IMG/VR virus record: IMGVR_UViG_3300002835_000017
From: a virus
Strand: one strand, 5' to 3'
Length of the DNA: 64,000 bases
Shown here: one piece after another, positions 29,051 to 39,190 of the stretch
Layout of the letters: each line of letters opens with the position of its first letter
How positions within the stretch are numbered: the first letter of the stretch is position 1
Notes under the pieces: model-generated
Seen by the model: only the letters and a program-made list of their open reading frames with translations
Databases searched by the model: none
What the model was told of the DNA's origin: nothing
Made by a program: the position numbers and the translations under genes

Positions 29051-32000
29051 TTAAGTTCTAGCTACTCCGTAAGTCTTGTTATTAATATCAAATAGTTTTT
29101 TGCTCAAAACTTTACCATCCAATGAAAATTCTTTGCCCGCAGCAGTAGTGGTTGCCCATGCTATTTCTTCTAATAATGCAGCACTAGCTCCAAGTAACGC
29201 TACCATTTTGCTTTGTGCATTTCCAGTATATGTCATCTCTTTCTCCATTGCAGCTTGGTGTGCAGCGGATTCTTTTGCTACTTTGGTATTCGCAGTGGTA
29301 GCCACTACAACTTCTTTATTAGCTTCTACTGCTGCTGCTTTTTGTTGTTCAACTGCTACTGATTTTTGAACAAGACCTTTTTCCTCGGCCATTTTTTCTA
29401 ATGGTGTACCCTTAACTGCCTCACTTATATCCGGTAAATCCATTTTACCCAACCCTAGTTGCTCTCCTATCCAAGAATCAGCTATACCATTCCAAAATGT
29501 TGCAAATGCAAAATGAAGCATTGTGAATGCATCTTTAAATGGAGAAAATATACCAGATAGCATATCCAAAAATCCGTTTGACAACGTATCCCACGCTCCT
29601 TGAAAATCTCCACTTAACAATTGACCAAATGCACCTACTATATCAAATAAAAATCCAAATATAGAAAGTAAAGCAGTGAAAGGTTGCATTAATGTAGTAC
29701 CAACATATTCGGCCATCATTGAGAATATAGACCCCAGTCCTTCATCAAATCCAATTGATTTTAAAAAATTATCCACATTCTCAATTACAGGCCTGAACGC
29801 ATCACCTATGGCAGAAAATTTCTCACCAACACTATCCCACAATTTGCCAAAGTTTTCAGATACACCTGGTGCGTAATCATTTATCCATCCACCCAACGTA
29901 TCTCCCAAAAATCCACCAACCATCATACCCAATGGTCCACCAAATGCAGCTCCCAATGCTGCTCCACCTGCTGCTAATCCACCTTGTAAAAGAGCAGCAC
30001 CGGCTGCTTCACCCGTTGAACCACCTTCTTCTTTTTTCTCCATAAAAGCCATACCACCAGAAAGTAATCCACCTGCTGCGCTACCACCTACTTTGGCCAC
30101 CTTTGACATTGGACCTGTCAAACTTTTCATAATTCCACCACCTCCGGCGCCGCCAGTTCCACCTCCACCTGGCATCATCTTTTTAAAAATATCCGGTAAA
30201 AAGTTACCAAGCATTCCTCCAAGACCCGCAGCTATTGCTCCACCTAAATTTTCGCTAAACATTCTTTCTATATCCAATTGAGCCAAATCGGTTAGATATT
30301 GCTTATATGCATCAGAACTTTTAAGAGTAACATCTTTTATTGCAGATAAAGCAGCATCTTGAACTGCTTTTTGTCCAGAAATCAGTGCTTCTTGAGTTGC
30401 CAATGCAGCTGCTGAATTTTGTTTTAATGCTAAAAAGGCCTCATTCGATGCTTTGGCACTTTTTTCTTCCAACGTACCCACTGTTCCAACTCCTTCTTGG
30501 AATCCAGGAGTTGCTATTTTTTTTAATGTATTTAAATCCATTCCACCAGTTGCTTGTTGCAATTGTTGTTGTTGGAACATATTCATTTGGGAAGGGTCTA
30601 ATCCTTGAGCCCGTAATGATTCCAATGCACCTTCGGTATCACCACTTGCAAATTTAGCTCTAACTTGAGATAAATCTACATTCTTACCCAACATCGCTGA
30701 TAAACTCATTTCGGCTTTGATACTATCTTTATAGTTCAACACCATATCTTGCCCAGCTTTAGCTACTTCATTGAAACTAACACCTAATGATTTTGCATAA
30801 ACTACTTGTCTAGCTAATGCGTTACCACTTTGTATTTGATAACTTAATGCCATTTCAGATGCAGATGCAACTTCATTCATTATATCACCAACATTTAATC
30901 CAGCCTGGTCTGCCATTGCTCTAGTACCTTCCGCCATATTTAATGCAGTACCAGCCGATACTCCATCTAATAATTTAAATGCCTGTTGTACGTTTGCAAG
31001 ATTATCAACCGATATACCACTTCTTTCAGAAAATATAGCCATATCGGCTGCTAATTTTGTAGAACCACTACCAGATTTCGATGCTGCAGCGGTAGCGGTT
31101 GCAATTGTTTCCGCTGATATTCCTGCTAATTGTAATTGAGATGCAGCGTATCCTACACTACCCAATCCTTTACCAAAAAGTGCGGTTTTTGATGCTGCGT
31201 TAAATTGAGCAGCCATACTTTGTAATTGGAAGCCAAAATCCGAAGCGGCTTGTTCTGCGGCAAATGCTAATTCATTTTGAGCTGTAGCTACAGCAAATGC
31301 ACCATCAATTTGAGCTTGTTTTACATCATTTGCTGATTTAACACTAGCTTTGGTTCCAGCCCCAAAATAATCATACGCCAATTTTCCAGCTGCTGCTCCT
31401 AATGCAGCCAATGCTGCTTTACCCAATTTACCCTCATTAACAATCCCTCCTAACGCATTACTAAATTCTTTAGCCAACGGAATACCACTACTTCCTAATT
31501 GGTCTATTGCTCCATTCATAGTATCTAATGCTGCGGTACTTCTTTCTGCAGCGTTTACAAAGGATTCCACTTCCGCCCTACCCTCTATAAATGTCTTTAC
31601 CAAATCTTTACCCGCTTGAGTACTGGTATCTATTGCAGATAATAGGTCATCAAATGATTTTACAGATTGTTTTACTATCTCATTATATTCTTGTTGTGAT
31701 ATTCTACCATTTTGTAAATTACTAGCTGCAGTTGCTATTGAAGTATTCATTTCAGCGTATGCTTTACCCGCTGCATCGATATGTTTTAGTTGTCTATCAT
31801 CAAACGTACCTGATTCAACTGCAGCTGCTACACTTCTTAATGTATTTTTTGCAGCATCTAATTTAGTATTAAATGTGTTTTGTAAAGCGGAATTGTTTTG
31901 GAGTGTATTTCCGATACTAGATAATGTATCATCTATGGAATCAAAATTTGTTAAATTCTCCTTTGTTAGTTTTTTGAGAGAATTTAAAACAGCCAACTCT

Positions 32001-32176
32001 TCACGATTTGCTCGGAGAATTAATTCGTGCTGCGCTATTCTACTTTCTAAATTTGTCCTTTCTTCTCCAGACGCAGTAGCGGCAGCTCTATTCATTTCGA
32101 GAATACGAGCATTAACGAGTTCGATTTCTCGAAGTAACGCTAATCTATCCTGTTGGTCCTGATTGGGTGTTGACAT
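29051..32176 (-). CDS. Tape measure protein
   Basis: 1041 aa Ala/Gly-rich helical protein downstream of tube and chaperone genes. Confidence 0.75.
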   Translation of the reverse strand: MSTPNQDQQDRLALLREIELVNARILEMNRAAATASGEERTNLESRIAQHELILRANREELAVLNSLKKLTKENLTNFDSIDDTLSSIGNTLQNNSALQNTFNTKLDAAKNTLRSVAAAVESGTFDDRQLKHIDAAGKAYAEMNTSIATAASNLQNGRISQQEYNEIVKQSVKSFDDLLSAIDTSTQAGKDLVKTFIEGRAEVESFVNAAERSTAALDTMNGAIDQLGSSGIPLAKEFSNALGGIVNEGKLGKAALAALGAAAGKLAYDYFGAGTKASVKSANDVKQAQIDGAFAVATAQNELAFAAEQAASDFGFQLQSMAAQFNAASKTALFGKGLGSVGYAASQLQLAGISAETIATATAAASKSGSGSTKLAADMAIFSERSGISVDNLANVQQAFKLLDGVSAGTALNMAEGTRAMADQAGLNVGDIMNEVASASEMALSYQIQSGNALARQVVYAKSLGVSFNEVAKAGQDMVLNYKDSIKAEMSLSAMLGKNVDLSQVRAKFASGDTEGALESLRAQGLDPSQMNMFQQQQLQQATGGMDLNTLKKIATPGFQEGVGTVGTLEEKSAKASNEAFLALKQNSAAALATQEALISGQKAVQDAALSAIKDVTLKSSDAYKQYLTDLAQLDIERMFSENLGGAIAAGLGGMLGNFLPDIFKKMMPGGGGTGGAGGGGIMKSLTGPMSKVAKVGGSAAGGLLSGGMAFMEKKEEGGSTGEAAGAALLQGGLAAGGAALGAAFGGPLGMMVGGFLGDTLGGWINDYAPGVSENFGKLWDSVGEKFSAIGDAFRPVIENVDNFLKSIGFDEGLGSIFSMMAEYVGTTLMQPFTALLSIFGFLFDIVGAFGQLLSGDFQGAWDTLSNGFLDMLSGIFSPFKDAFTMLHFAFATFWNGIADSWIGEQLGLGKMDLPDISEAVKGTPLEKMAEEKGLVQKSVAVEQQKAAAVEANKEVVVATTANTKVAKESAAHQAAMEKEMTYTGNAQSKMVALLGASAALLEEIAWATTTAAGKEFSLDGKVLSKKLFDINNKTYGVART

Positions 32177-32188
32177 TTAATATATAAA

Positions 32189-32446
32189 TTACTTTATACC
32201 GTATTTTTTTTGAAAATCATCAAGATGTTTAGTATCTCCTCCTCCATACTTCATCATCATGTGCCTATTCCAATCAGTACTTTTAGAAATTTTATCATCA
32301 TAATCTTTCCAAATATCCGCAAGTTCTGGACTTTTATCTCTTAATGATGATAACCACTCACTTTCTTTTCCATCGGATTTAGCTCGAAAAAAACTTTTGA
32401 AAAATCCCATTAAACCGGCTTCTGTTATTTTTATTTTTTTAGACAT
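32189..32446 (-). CDS. Hypothetical protein
   Basis: 85 aa ORF with late motif at 32470-32478. Confidence 0.6.
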   Translation of the reverse strand: MSKKIKITEAGLMGFFKSFFRAKSDGKESEWLSSLRDKSPELADIWKDYDDKISKSTDWNRHMMMKYGGGDTKHLDDFQKKYGIK

Positions 32447-32477
32447 GATAGTTCTATTATTTATTCTTATATAAATA

Positions 32478-32709
32478 TCATCTTCTTCTTATTTTAGAAG
32501 AATTATTTGATTGAGATTTACTTGTAGCTTTATTCATTGCTTCACTTTCACTTTCTTTTGCTTTCAATAATTCTCTCCAATAGAACTCCCGTAATTTAAT
32601 GGGCATAAAATATACATCATGCCAATTAAATCCACCATTAGCATAATAAACCATTTGAAATAGTTTTTGATGTAATACTATGGAATAATTACTCGGAAGG
32701 GTAAAAAAA
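32478..32709 (-). CDS. Tail assembly chaperone second part (gp51/gpT-like), probably reached by frameshift
   Basis: GGFNWHDVYFMPIKLREFY motif; overlaps the end of the upstream ORF at a T7 run; no convincing ATG before the conserved part. Confidence 0.6.
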
Positions 32710-33507
32710 GTCGACCCCGAATGGGATACGAAGAACCTCCTTTTCTCCTGTAAAAGGTGATTCGTAATCAAATTTTAAATCTAAATCTGGACTAATTTTA
32801 CCAATCTCTTTTCTCAATGTTTTGGAATCTCCTGCTAATAATCTATTTGTAACAAAGTTACTAATATATCCTAAATCCCTATTACCATCTACTTCTGTAA
32901 TAATTCTTCTGTATCTGGATGTGATTTCATTACTTCCCTTTGTAGTTTTTTGTAAAGCTTCTATATCTTTATTTATTGCAAGTTCATCACCATGTGTTAA
33001 TAATCTAAACTTTATAGGAGTTTTAGAAATAGGTAACGTATAATCATATTCATTATGTCTTGATAGTAAACTTTCGTCAATTTCTTTGATTTGAATTTTT
33101 AATAAATCTACTACTACCTTTACAGGTTCATTTTCGTTAGGGTCATTAATTGTAACTTCATATTCAGGTCCGAACGCTAACACTCTGGATGATATCAAAA
33201 TAGCATTTTTATCACCTATTAATAAATCATGTACATTTACTCCAGGTTCAACTACTACTGATTCTAAAAGTTTATCTAAATGTATTCCTTTTTTAACTAA
33301 ATTAGGAGAAGTAAGGATATCCTCTTCCTTTGCCGTCATTAATTTAATCGTAATTTCTCCTTTAGCCAATGGGGATGATTCTGGATAACACAATCCTTTA
33401 GATGGTAAACTGATAACCTCCGTTGGGAATGGATAATTTTTTTGCTCATGAGAAGGCGTTGCACCTAATCCTCTAGTAACCTGTTGTTCTACGTTTTGTT
33501 GTTCCAT
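32689..33507 (-). CDS. Baseplate hub/tail assembly chaperone (gp26-like)
   Basis: LPSKG..Y, MTAKEEDIL, L..GD.NA.L...R...G; ends PFGVDFFYP; ATG at 33507 preferred. Confidence 0.75.
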   Translation of the reverse strand: MEQQNVEQQVTRGLGATPSHEQKNYPFPTEVISLPSKGLCYPESSPLAKGEITIKLMTAKEEDILTSPNLVKKGIHLDKLLESVVVEPGVNVHDLLIGDKNAILISSRVLAFGPEYEVTINDPNENEPVKVVVDLLKIQIKEIDESLLSRHNEYDYTLPISKTPIKFRLLTHGDELAINKDIEALQKTTKGSNEITSRYRRIITEVDGNRDLGYISNFVTNRLLAGDSKTLRKEIGKISPDLDLKFDYESPFTGEKEVLRIPFGVDFFYPSE

Positions 33508-33547
33508 AAATAATAACATTTTGTTTAATTATAAGTATATATAAAAC

Positions 33548-33580
33548 AAAAAAATGGAATGTATTTCTACACTCCATTTT
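33548..33580 (-). terminator. Intrinsic terminator after tail tube gene
   Basis: AAAATGGAGTGTA-GAAA-TACATTCCATTTT followed by T run. Confidence 0.8.
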
Positions 33581-33607
33581 AGTTATTTTAAAGTTTACAA
33601 TTAAAGA

Positions 33608-34096
33608 TTAGTATTCAAGAATTGCGTAATCATAAGTTAAAGTTAATTCTATCGATAGTGGGTCGTTTGAAGCCCAATCCAATTCACCAAAGTTTGCCGA
33701 AGTAATGAATGCTCCTTTAAGAGTCCATTGTTCTACTTTATCACCAACTGGACCTAATAAGAAGAAATTGATATCTTTCTTATAAAAAGCTGCATACCCA
33801 TCTCTACCTGTCAATGATTCATGTGAACTTCTAACCCACTCCATAACTTGTTGTGCTCCAGATGGAACAATTGGGTCATAAAGAGATATAGTTATATCAT
33901 CCCAAGTTGATTTTCCCTTTATCTTACGCTTTACGTTGATATGGTCTAATTCAACTATTTCCGAAGTAAATGTTGGTCTACTTGCAGTTTTGATGATGTA
34001 TGATTCAATACCATTGATTTCCATAATAAATCTATTCCCCAATTTGGGTTCAAAATTTCTGTAGAACATCTTGTCAAACTCTAATATTTCTGGCAT
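33608..34096 (-). CDS. Tail tube protein (gp19-like)
   Basis: NRF, KGK.TW.DIT..LYD, EW, YKKD, W.LKGAF, L.YDYA; follows sheath. Confidence 0.88.
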   Translation of the reverse strand: MPEILEFDKMFYRNFEPKLGNRFIMEINGIESYIIKTASRPTFTSEIVELDHINVKRKIKGKSTWDDITISLYDPIVPSGAQQVMEWVRSSHESLTGRDGYAAFYKKDINFFLLGPVGDKVEQWTLKGAFITSANFGELDWASNDPLSIELTLTYDYAILEY

Positions 34097-34144
34097 TTGT
34101 GTATATATTTAATGTTTATTACTTATAAATATTGTTTTTTAAAA

Positions 34145-36379
34145 TTATCCGCTAAAACTTGCTCCAGTTGGTAAAATGTTGAAATCAATTTGAATGAATT
34201 CAGCAGTTTTAGTTGGTTGTAAGAAGATAGCTCCTGCTAATATGTTTCTATCAATCACATCAGGTGTGTTGTTAGTATCATCCATTACAACTCTGAATGC
34301 GTAAAGTCCTTGTCTTTGTTGGATACTATCCAAATATGGATTAACGATGTTTAAGAATCGATTTCTAGTTTCAGAAGTATTTTGTTCAAACACTAAATAT
34401 CTAGATGAAGATGCAATAAACTTTCTAACAGTCAACAACAATCTTCTTACGTTGATTCTATCCAATGCAGATGGTCTATCTTGCAATGTTTTTTGTCCGA
34501 ATACTACGATACCTTGTCCAGGGAACTGAACGATTGGGTTTACTTTGTTTTCGTATAGTTCATCCTTTTCAGATTGTGTTAATCTGTTCAACAAACTAAC
34601 TGCTCCTACTAAACCACCTCTATTCAAACCTGCTGGTGCGAACCATTCTGCTGCTACTCTATCGTTTGCTGCGAATACGCCAGGTAATAATACTGATGGT
34701 GGGATTGTGATTAGTTTGTTTGTATTAACATCAATAGTCTTAACCCAAGGATAGTAAGTTGCTACCATATTTGAATCAATTGCCGAAGCTTGAGCGGTTG
34801 CTAATGAAATTGAATCATTATACGCAGTTGTATCTAAAATGTAGAAACAATCATTTCGTTGTTCAACCATATCCAATACTGAAGTTGCTACTGATGGGTG
34901 TAATCTTCTAATAACACCAGGAGTTACTACCATATTGATATCAAACTCGTCAACATTTGATAATGCTGCGATATGTTTAGCGTATGCTACAGAACCACTA
35001 GCAGTTACCGTTGATAAATTAAATCCTTGTGAATTACCTGCCAAAATATCTGCTCCAGTCAATATTGGAGTTGCAGGGTTCATACCATCAAATCCTTCTT
35101 GGAATGCTACAACGAATTGTGCTAAAGAAGAACCTACTGATAATGTACCACCATTTGCCACATCTAATCCAAATACAGAGTTAGAACCTACACCTGCTCC
35201 TGTCGGAATTGGCTTTAAGTAAATTACGTTATCAGTATTGTTATCCAAATCTATACCACCATATTGTGCTACTGATGAAGTTAGGAATGATACAGATGGA
35301 ATCAATGCTCCAACTGCTGCTGATGCAGATACTGGCAAAGTATATGCTGCGTGTCCGAATGGTACTGCTTGTACAGGAGCGGATGTGTTTAAGTTTGCAA
35401 CTCTAACATATTTTGAGTTATTTACCCAATCACCGCTTTCAGTAATTTTACCTAATTCATCAATTGATAATTTTCTATCACCAATTACTCTACTGATATA
35501 GTTAGGAGAATTTGGGTCTAAATTTACATTAGAATAAGTTTCTAATACTACTTTCTTTTTATTTGTATCAGCAAACTCTCTCACAACTACAGTAAATGTA
35601 CCATAATCAGTACCGCTTACCGAACCTGCTGCTTTAATATTAGTGATACCAATTTTAACTTTAGTATTTGCTGCGTTTCCAGCACCAATTGTTTCGAATT
35701 GGAATAAGTTATATCTATCACCAGAGATTAATTGAGAGTTAATCATTGGTGTTAATGCTTCTTGTGCATCGAATGTAAAGAGTTGGTCACCCAATACGGT
35801 TACTGAAGAAGATGCACTGGAATTAAATGTTATAGATGAGTTTTTGAAAAATCCATACACATAAGGGTCTTTAGAACCAAATGCAGATGTTCCAAATACT
35901 GCCTCAATATCGTTTGTATCGGTTACATCCAAAGAAGCAGATACGTTTAATCCACTACCTCTTAATACGAAATCACCTGCTCCTGCATTAGAAGAAGTTA
36001 ATTGTGCGTCTGCAAAACCTCCGTTTGCACTTCCTGATGTATTGAATAGAATACCTAATGATGCTGATACTGCTCCTGAAGTTGCGGTTAACAATAATGG
36101 AGCGGTTTCGGTATATCCACCAACACCCCCAACTCTACAAATTGTAGCAGTTCCTGCTTCTCTTAAATAATTTTGTACTGCTAATGGAGTGAGGTATGTA
36201 CCATCTGCTACTCCAAATAGTCTTTCAAATTCTGCTTGTGAATTTACGATTGTAGGTACTAATGGTCCTTCTTTAAAAGGTCCAATAAATGCTGCACCAA
36301 TATCTGCTACCCCTTGTTGTAAGAATGAAAGGTCGTTTTCTTTAGTAAATACACCTGGTGATACTATTTTGTCTGCCAT
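34145..36379 (-). CDS. Tail sheath protein (gp18-like)
   Basis: SPGVF..E.D, YYPW, WFAPAG..RG, GQKT, RINVRRL, P.KTAEFI. Confidence 0.95.
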   Translation of the reverse strand: MADKIVSPGVFTKENDLSFLQQGVADIGAAFIGPFKEGPLVPTIVNSQAEFERLFGVADGTYLTPLAVQNYLREAGTATICRVGGVGGYTETAPLLLTATSGAVSASLGILFNTSGSANGGFADAQLTSSNAGAGDFVLRGSGLNVSASLDVTDTNDIEAVFGTSAFGSKDPYVYGFFKNSSITFNSSASSSVTVLGDQLFTFDAQEALTPMINSQLISGDRYNLFQFETIGAGNAANTKVKIGITNIKAAGSVSGTDYGTFTVVVREFADTNKKKVVLETYSNVNLDPNSPNYISRVIGDRKLSIDELGKITESGDWVNNSKYVRVANLNTSAPVQAVPFGHAAYTLPVSASAAVGALIPSVSFLTSSVAQYGGIDLDNNTDNVIYLKPIPTGAGVGSNSVFGLDVANGGTLSVGSSLAQFVVAFQEGFDGMNPATPILTGADILAGNSQGFNLSTVTASGSVAYAKHIAALSNVDEFDINMVVTPGVIRRLHPSVATSVLDMVEQRNDCFYILDTTAYNDSISLATAQASAIDSNMVATYYPWVKTIDVNTNKLITIPPSVLLPGVFAANDRVAAEWFAPAGLNRGGLVGAVSLLNRLTQSEKDELYENKVNPIVQFPGQGIVVFGQKTLQDRPSALDRINVRRLLLTVRKFIASSSRYLVFEQNTSETRNRFLNIVNPYLDSIQQRQGLYAFRVVMDDTNNTPDVIDRNILAGAIFLQPTKTAEFIQIDFNILPTGASFSG

Positions 36380-36449
36380 TTTATATGCTAATTTAAAATT
36401 TTTATTATCTTAATATAAATATTAAAATTATTTTCAAAACAACAAATTA

Positions 36450-38177
36450 CTATTTGTATGTTGGAGAAAAATAATCATATACTTGTCCTACCGATGTTGC
36501 GTTTTGCAATGTGTTGTAGAATAATACAGGTCCGATTTGTCCATTCCAGAATGTTGTTCTACCACTATTACATCCAATTGTTAAGAAGTTAGTAGATGAT
36601 GGTGCCGTAAATGCTGATGCAGTAAATGTTCCTACTGAAGTTTTATCTACATAAACTGTCACCGTTCCCGATGGTTGGAATGTTGCAGAAATCATATACC
36701 ATACGTTTGATGATAATGATGTTGTTAATTGTGCACTATTTCCTAATGTACTACCATAGAATTTTACTCTATTCAAAGTAGAACTATCAGATGATTCAAT
36801 TGCTAAACCATAAAATCCAGCGTAATCAAAAATATGTCGTGATGCTACACCCAATGTTGTTGTAGGTCTAACCCATACGTGAATTGTACCAGTATTAGTA
36901 TTGAATTGAGAATACCCCCCATTGATGTTGGTAGTAGTATCTTTGTACCAAAATTGGTTTGTACCATTTCCTGCGAAATATTTATCTTTTCTTGTTGCTC
37001 CGTTATTATATGATGGGTTATCACCAGTAATACCAGCTGCGTTTGCAACACCCGCAGGTCTAACACCCGTATTATATCCACTTAAATCTAACCAATCCGT
37101 TGTAACAGTTCCGTTTGTAGATGATGCTTTGGATGGGTCTAAATATAATCTTAATCCAGCAGCTGGAATTGGTGGTTGTGTAGTAGTTCCTTTGTTATGA
37201 GATACAATACCGTTTGCTAAATAAACGTCAGCATTTTCCACATTAAGTGTTACAATTTCAACATCTTCAATTATTACCTCAATATCAGTAATTTCTATTT
37301 CATTTAAACCTGTCACTGAATCGTATGTTACTACTAAATCACCTGGTAATACATCTTCAACATTTTTGAAACGATATTTTTCAATTTCACTATCCCAAAC
37401 CCAAAGAGGGTGAGTTCCAGTTGATTTGATTAAACCATTGTTTAAATCATAATATCCACTTGCAAAGTTAAAGACAATATCTGCTACATTTACTTCTTGA
37501 TATGAGCCAGATTGATTTTCTAACATATAGAATCTCCAATCAACTTGGTCTGATTCTGAATCCTGGTCTTCATCAGGTAAACCATCTGGTACCCATGCTT
37601 TAATAGTATCACCCACCGAAAGGTCTTCTACATTTACAATAGTTCCATCCGCTTTAGTTATTTTTGTTCCAAATAATAAACAGAAATCAGGTTGGTTAAT
37701 TGTGTTGTACACATCTACCGCGTATAATGTTTTTGTAGATGTTGAATTATAGCCAGTTGCTGCTAAATTATAACCATCTTCATACTTCATAGATAATACA
37801 GAAGATGCTTCTGAATATGTTGATTGAGCGATTGATGCAGGAGTTATTGGAAATGATGGAGATGCACCTAAAGTGGGTGAACCTACTGTAAAGTTTCCAT
37901 TATTAAATGTTACTGAATAGTTTGCTGCTACGTTACCAACTTTAGTACCATGCAGTGTACCCGCAGTTCCAAATGAAAATGTTGCCGCTTCTTCTGTACT
38001 TTCTACAATGTAAGTGAAAGTTGGTAAATTTGGGGTTACAGAATCTATTGCAAATGCGGTAAATGAACTATTAGATGTTCCTCCAGATAGCCCACCAATG
38101 GAAACTGCTTGAGATGTTCGGGCTGACCCGCTAACTGCTCTATATAAATTTCCTAATGATAAATTAGTTCTTGGCAT
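36450..38177 (-). CDS. Putative fibre-tip/adhesin with internal Hint domain and C-terminal LamG-like domain
   Basis: Hint: CLLFGTKI (37682), STGTHP, YLANGIVSHN (37194); then LYLD.S and W.MIS.T...YVD...IG LamG-like pattern. Confidence 0.75.
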   Translation of the reverse strand: MPRTNLSLGNLYRAVSGSARTSQAVSIGGLSGGTSNSSFTAFAIDSVTPNLPTFTYIVESTEEAATFSFGTAGTLHGTKVGNVAANYSVTFNNGNFTVGSPTLGASPSFPITPASIAQSTYSEASSVLSMKYEDGYNLAATGYNSTSTKTLYAVDVYNTINQPDFCLLFGTKITKADGTIVNVEDLSVGDTIKAWVPDGLPDEDQDSESDQVDWRFYMLENQSGSYQEVNVADIVFNFASGYYDLNNGLIKSTGTHPLWVWDSEIEKYRFKNVEDVLPGDLVVTYDSVTGLNEIEITDIEVIIEDVEIVTLNVENADVYLANGIVSHNKGTTTQPPIPAAGLRLYLDPSKASSTNGTVTTDWLDLSGYNTGVRPAGVANAAGITGDNPSYNNGATRKDKYFAGNGTNQFWYKDTTTNINGGYSQFNTNTGTIHVWVRPTTTLGVASRHIFDYAGFYGLAIESSDSSTLNRVKFYGSTLGNSAQLTTSLSSNVWYMISATFQPSGTVTVYVDKTSVGTFTASAFTAPSSTNFLTIGCNSGRTTFWNGQIGPVLFYNTLQNATSVGQVYDYFSPTYK

Positions 38178-38188
38178 ATTCGTATGTA

Positions 38189-39187
38189 TTATTCTCCGTT
38201 ATAAATATCTAAAAGTTTTTCTTTCCATACTTCTTTGTTTGAAAAGTGTTTTATCATCCAACTTTTAAGTTTTTGGAATTCTGTTTTACGGGTTTCGTAA
38301 CTATCCTCACAAATTATTTGGTAGGTTTTTTTAAATGTTTCCGCATTATTCGCTTTGTATTTGTAATCAAGTGGAACATGCCAATCTTCATGTAATATGG
38401 GAAGTTTACCCCAATCCACTGCCTCAAATATACCATATCCGAAGGGTTCGTGCTCAAAACAAGAATGAGAGATTCCCCAATCAAGTTCATAGAACCTTTC
38501 TTTAAATTTATAATCAAATTTGTAAACTTTGGATTTTTCGAATTTGAATCCATATTTCTTTTTATAGTATTTGTTGAATGTTTCTGAATTTGTAGAAATA
38601 AATCCACCTAACCCATTCATATATTCAACATTCTTTCTACCTTCTACTCTAGCGGCGTATCCTATCTCAATAGATTCTGAAAGCTCTTTATTTTGTTTAA
38701 ATTTATAAACATTTGGGATGTGATATAAATTTTCTGTTTTATATGGAAAATGATATAACCCTACCCAAACTTTATTTTTAATTTTATTAATTAATTCGCT
38801 TTCATATTCCCAATTACCATACCAATGTAAATATTCATCTTTTTCCATTTGTGCCAATAAAGACACTTTTGTTAAATTATGGAAAATAATTGAATCAATC
38901 TTTTCCAAATTTTGATGAATAGCTCTAGTTGGGGTATAATGACCATGAAGAATATGTATCCGTCTTGCACCTTCTAAATGTTTTATAATTTCATCTTCAG
39001 ATGTTTCCCAAATGTGGTCAATATCAATTGGAAATTCTTCATAGTTGTTAGGTCTATGTCTATGGAAAAGAAGAAGTGGCTTCACTTCTAAATGAGGAGC
39101 CACTTCTTTTATCCATTCGGTTACCCACATATCAGCACCGCTATTGAACCAAGGACCTCCAGCGGTGGTGTAGTAAACATCATACAT
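38189..39187 (-). CDS. GT-B (GT4-like) glycosyltransferase
   Basis: N-terminal GG...SGAD, AAR.EGRKN, EPFGYGIFEA (ExF-G-x4-EA motif). Confidence 0.8.
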   Translation of the reverse strand: MYDVYYTTAGGPWFNSGADMWVTEWIKEVAPHLEVKPLLLFHRHRPNNYEEFPIDIDHIWETSEDEIIKHLEGARRIHILHGHYTPTRAIHQNLEKIDSIIFHNLTKVSLLAQMEKDEYLHWYGNWEYESELINKIKNKVWVGLYHFPYKTENLYHIPNVYKFKQNKELSESIEIGYAARVEGRKNVEYMNGLGGFISTNSETFNKYYKKKYGFKFEKSKVYKFDYKFKERFYELDWGISHSCFEHEPFGYGIFEAVDWGKLPILHEDWHVPLDYKYKANNAETFKKTYQIICEDSYETRKTEFQKLKSWMIKHFSNKEVWKEKLLDIYNGE

Positions 39188-39190
39188 TAA

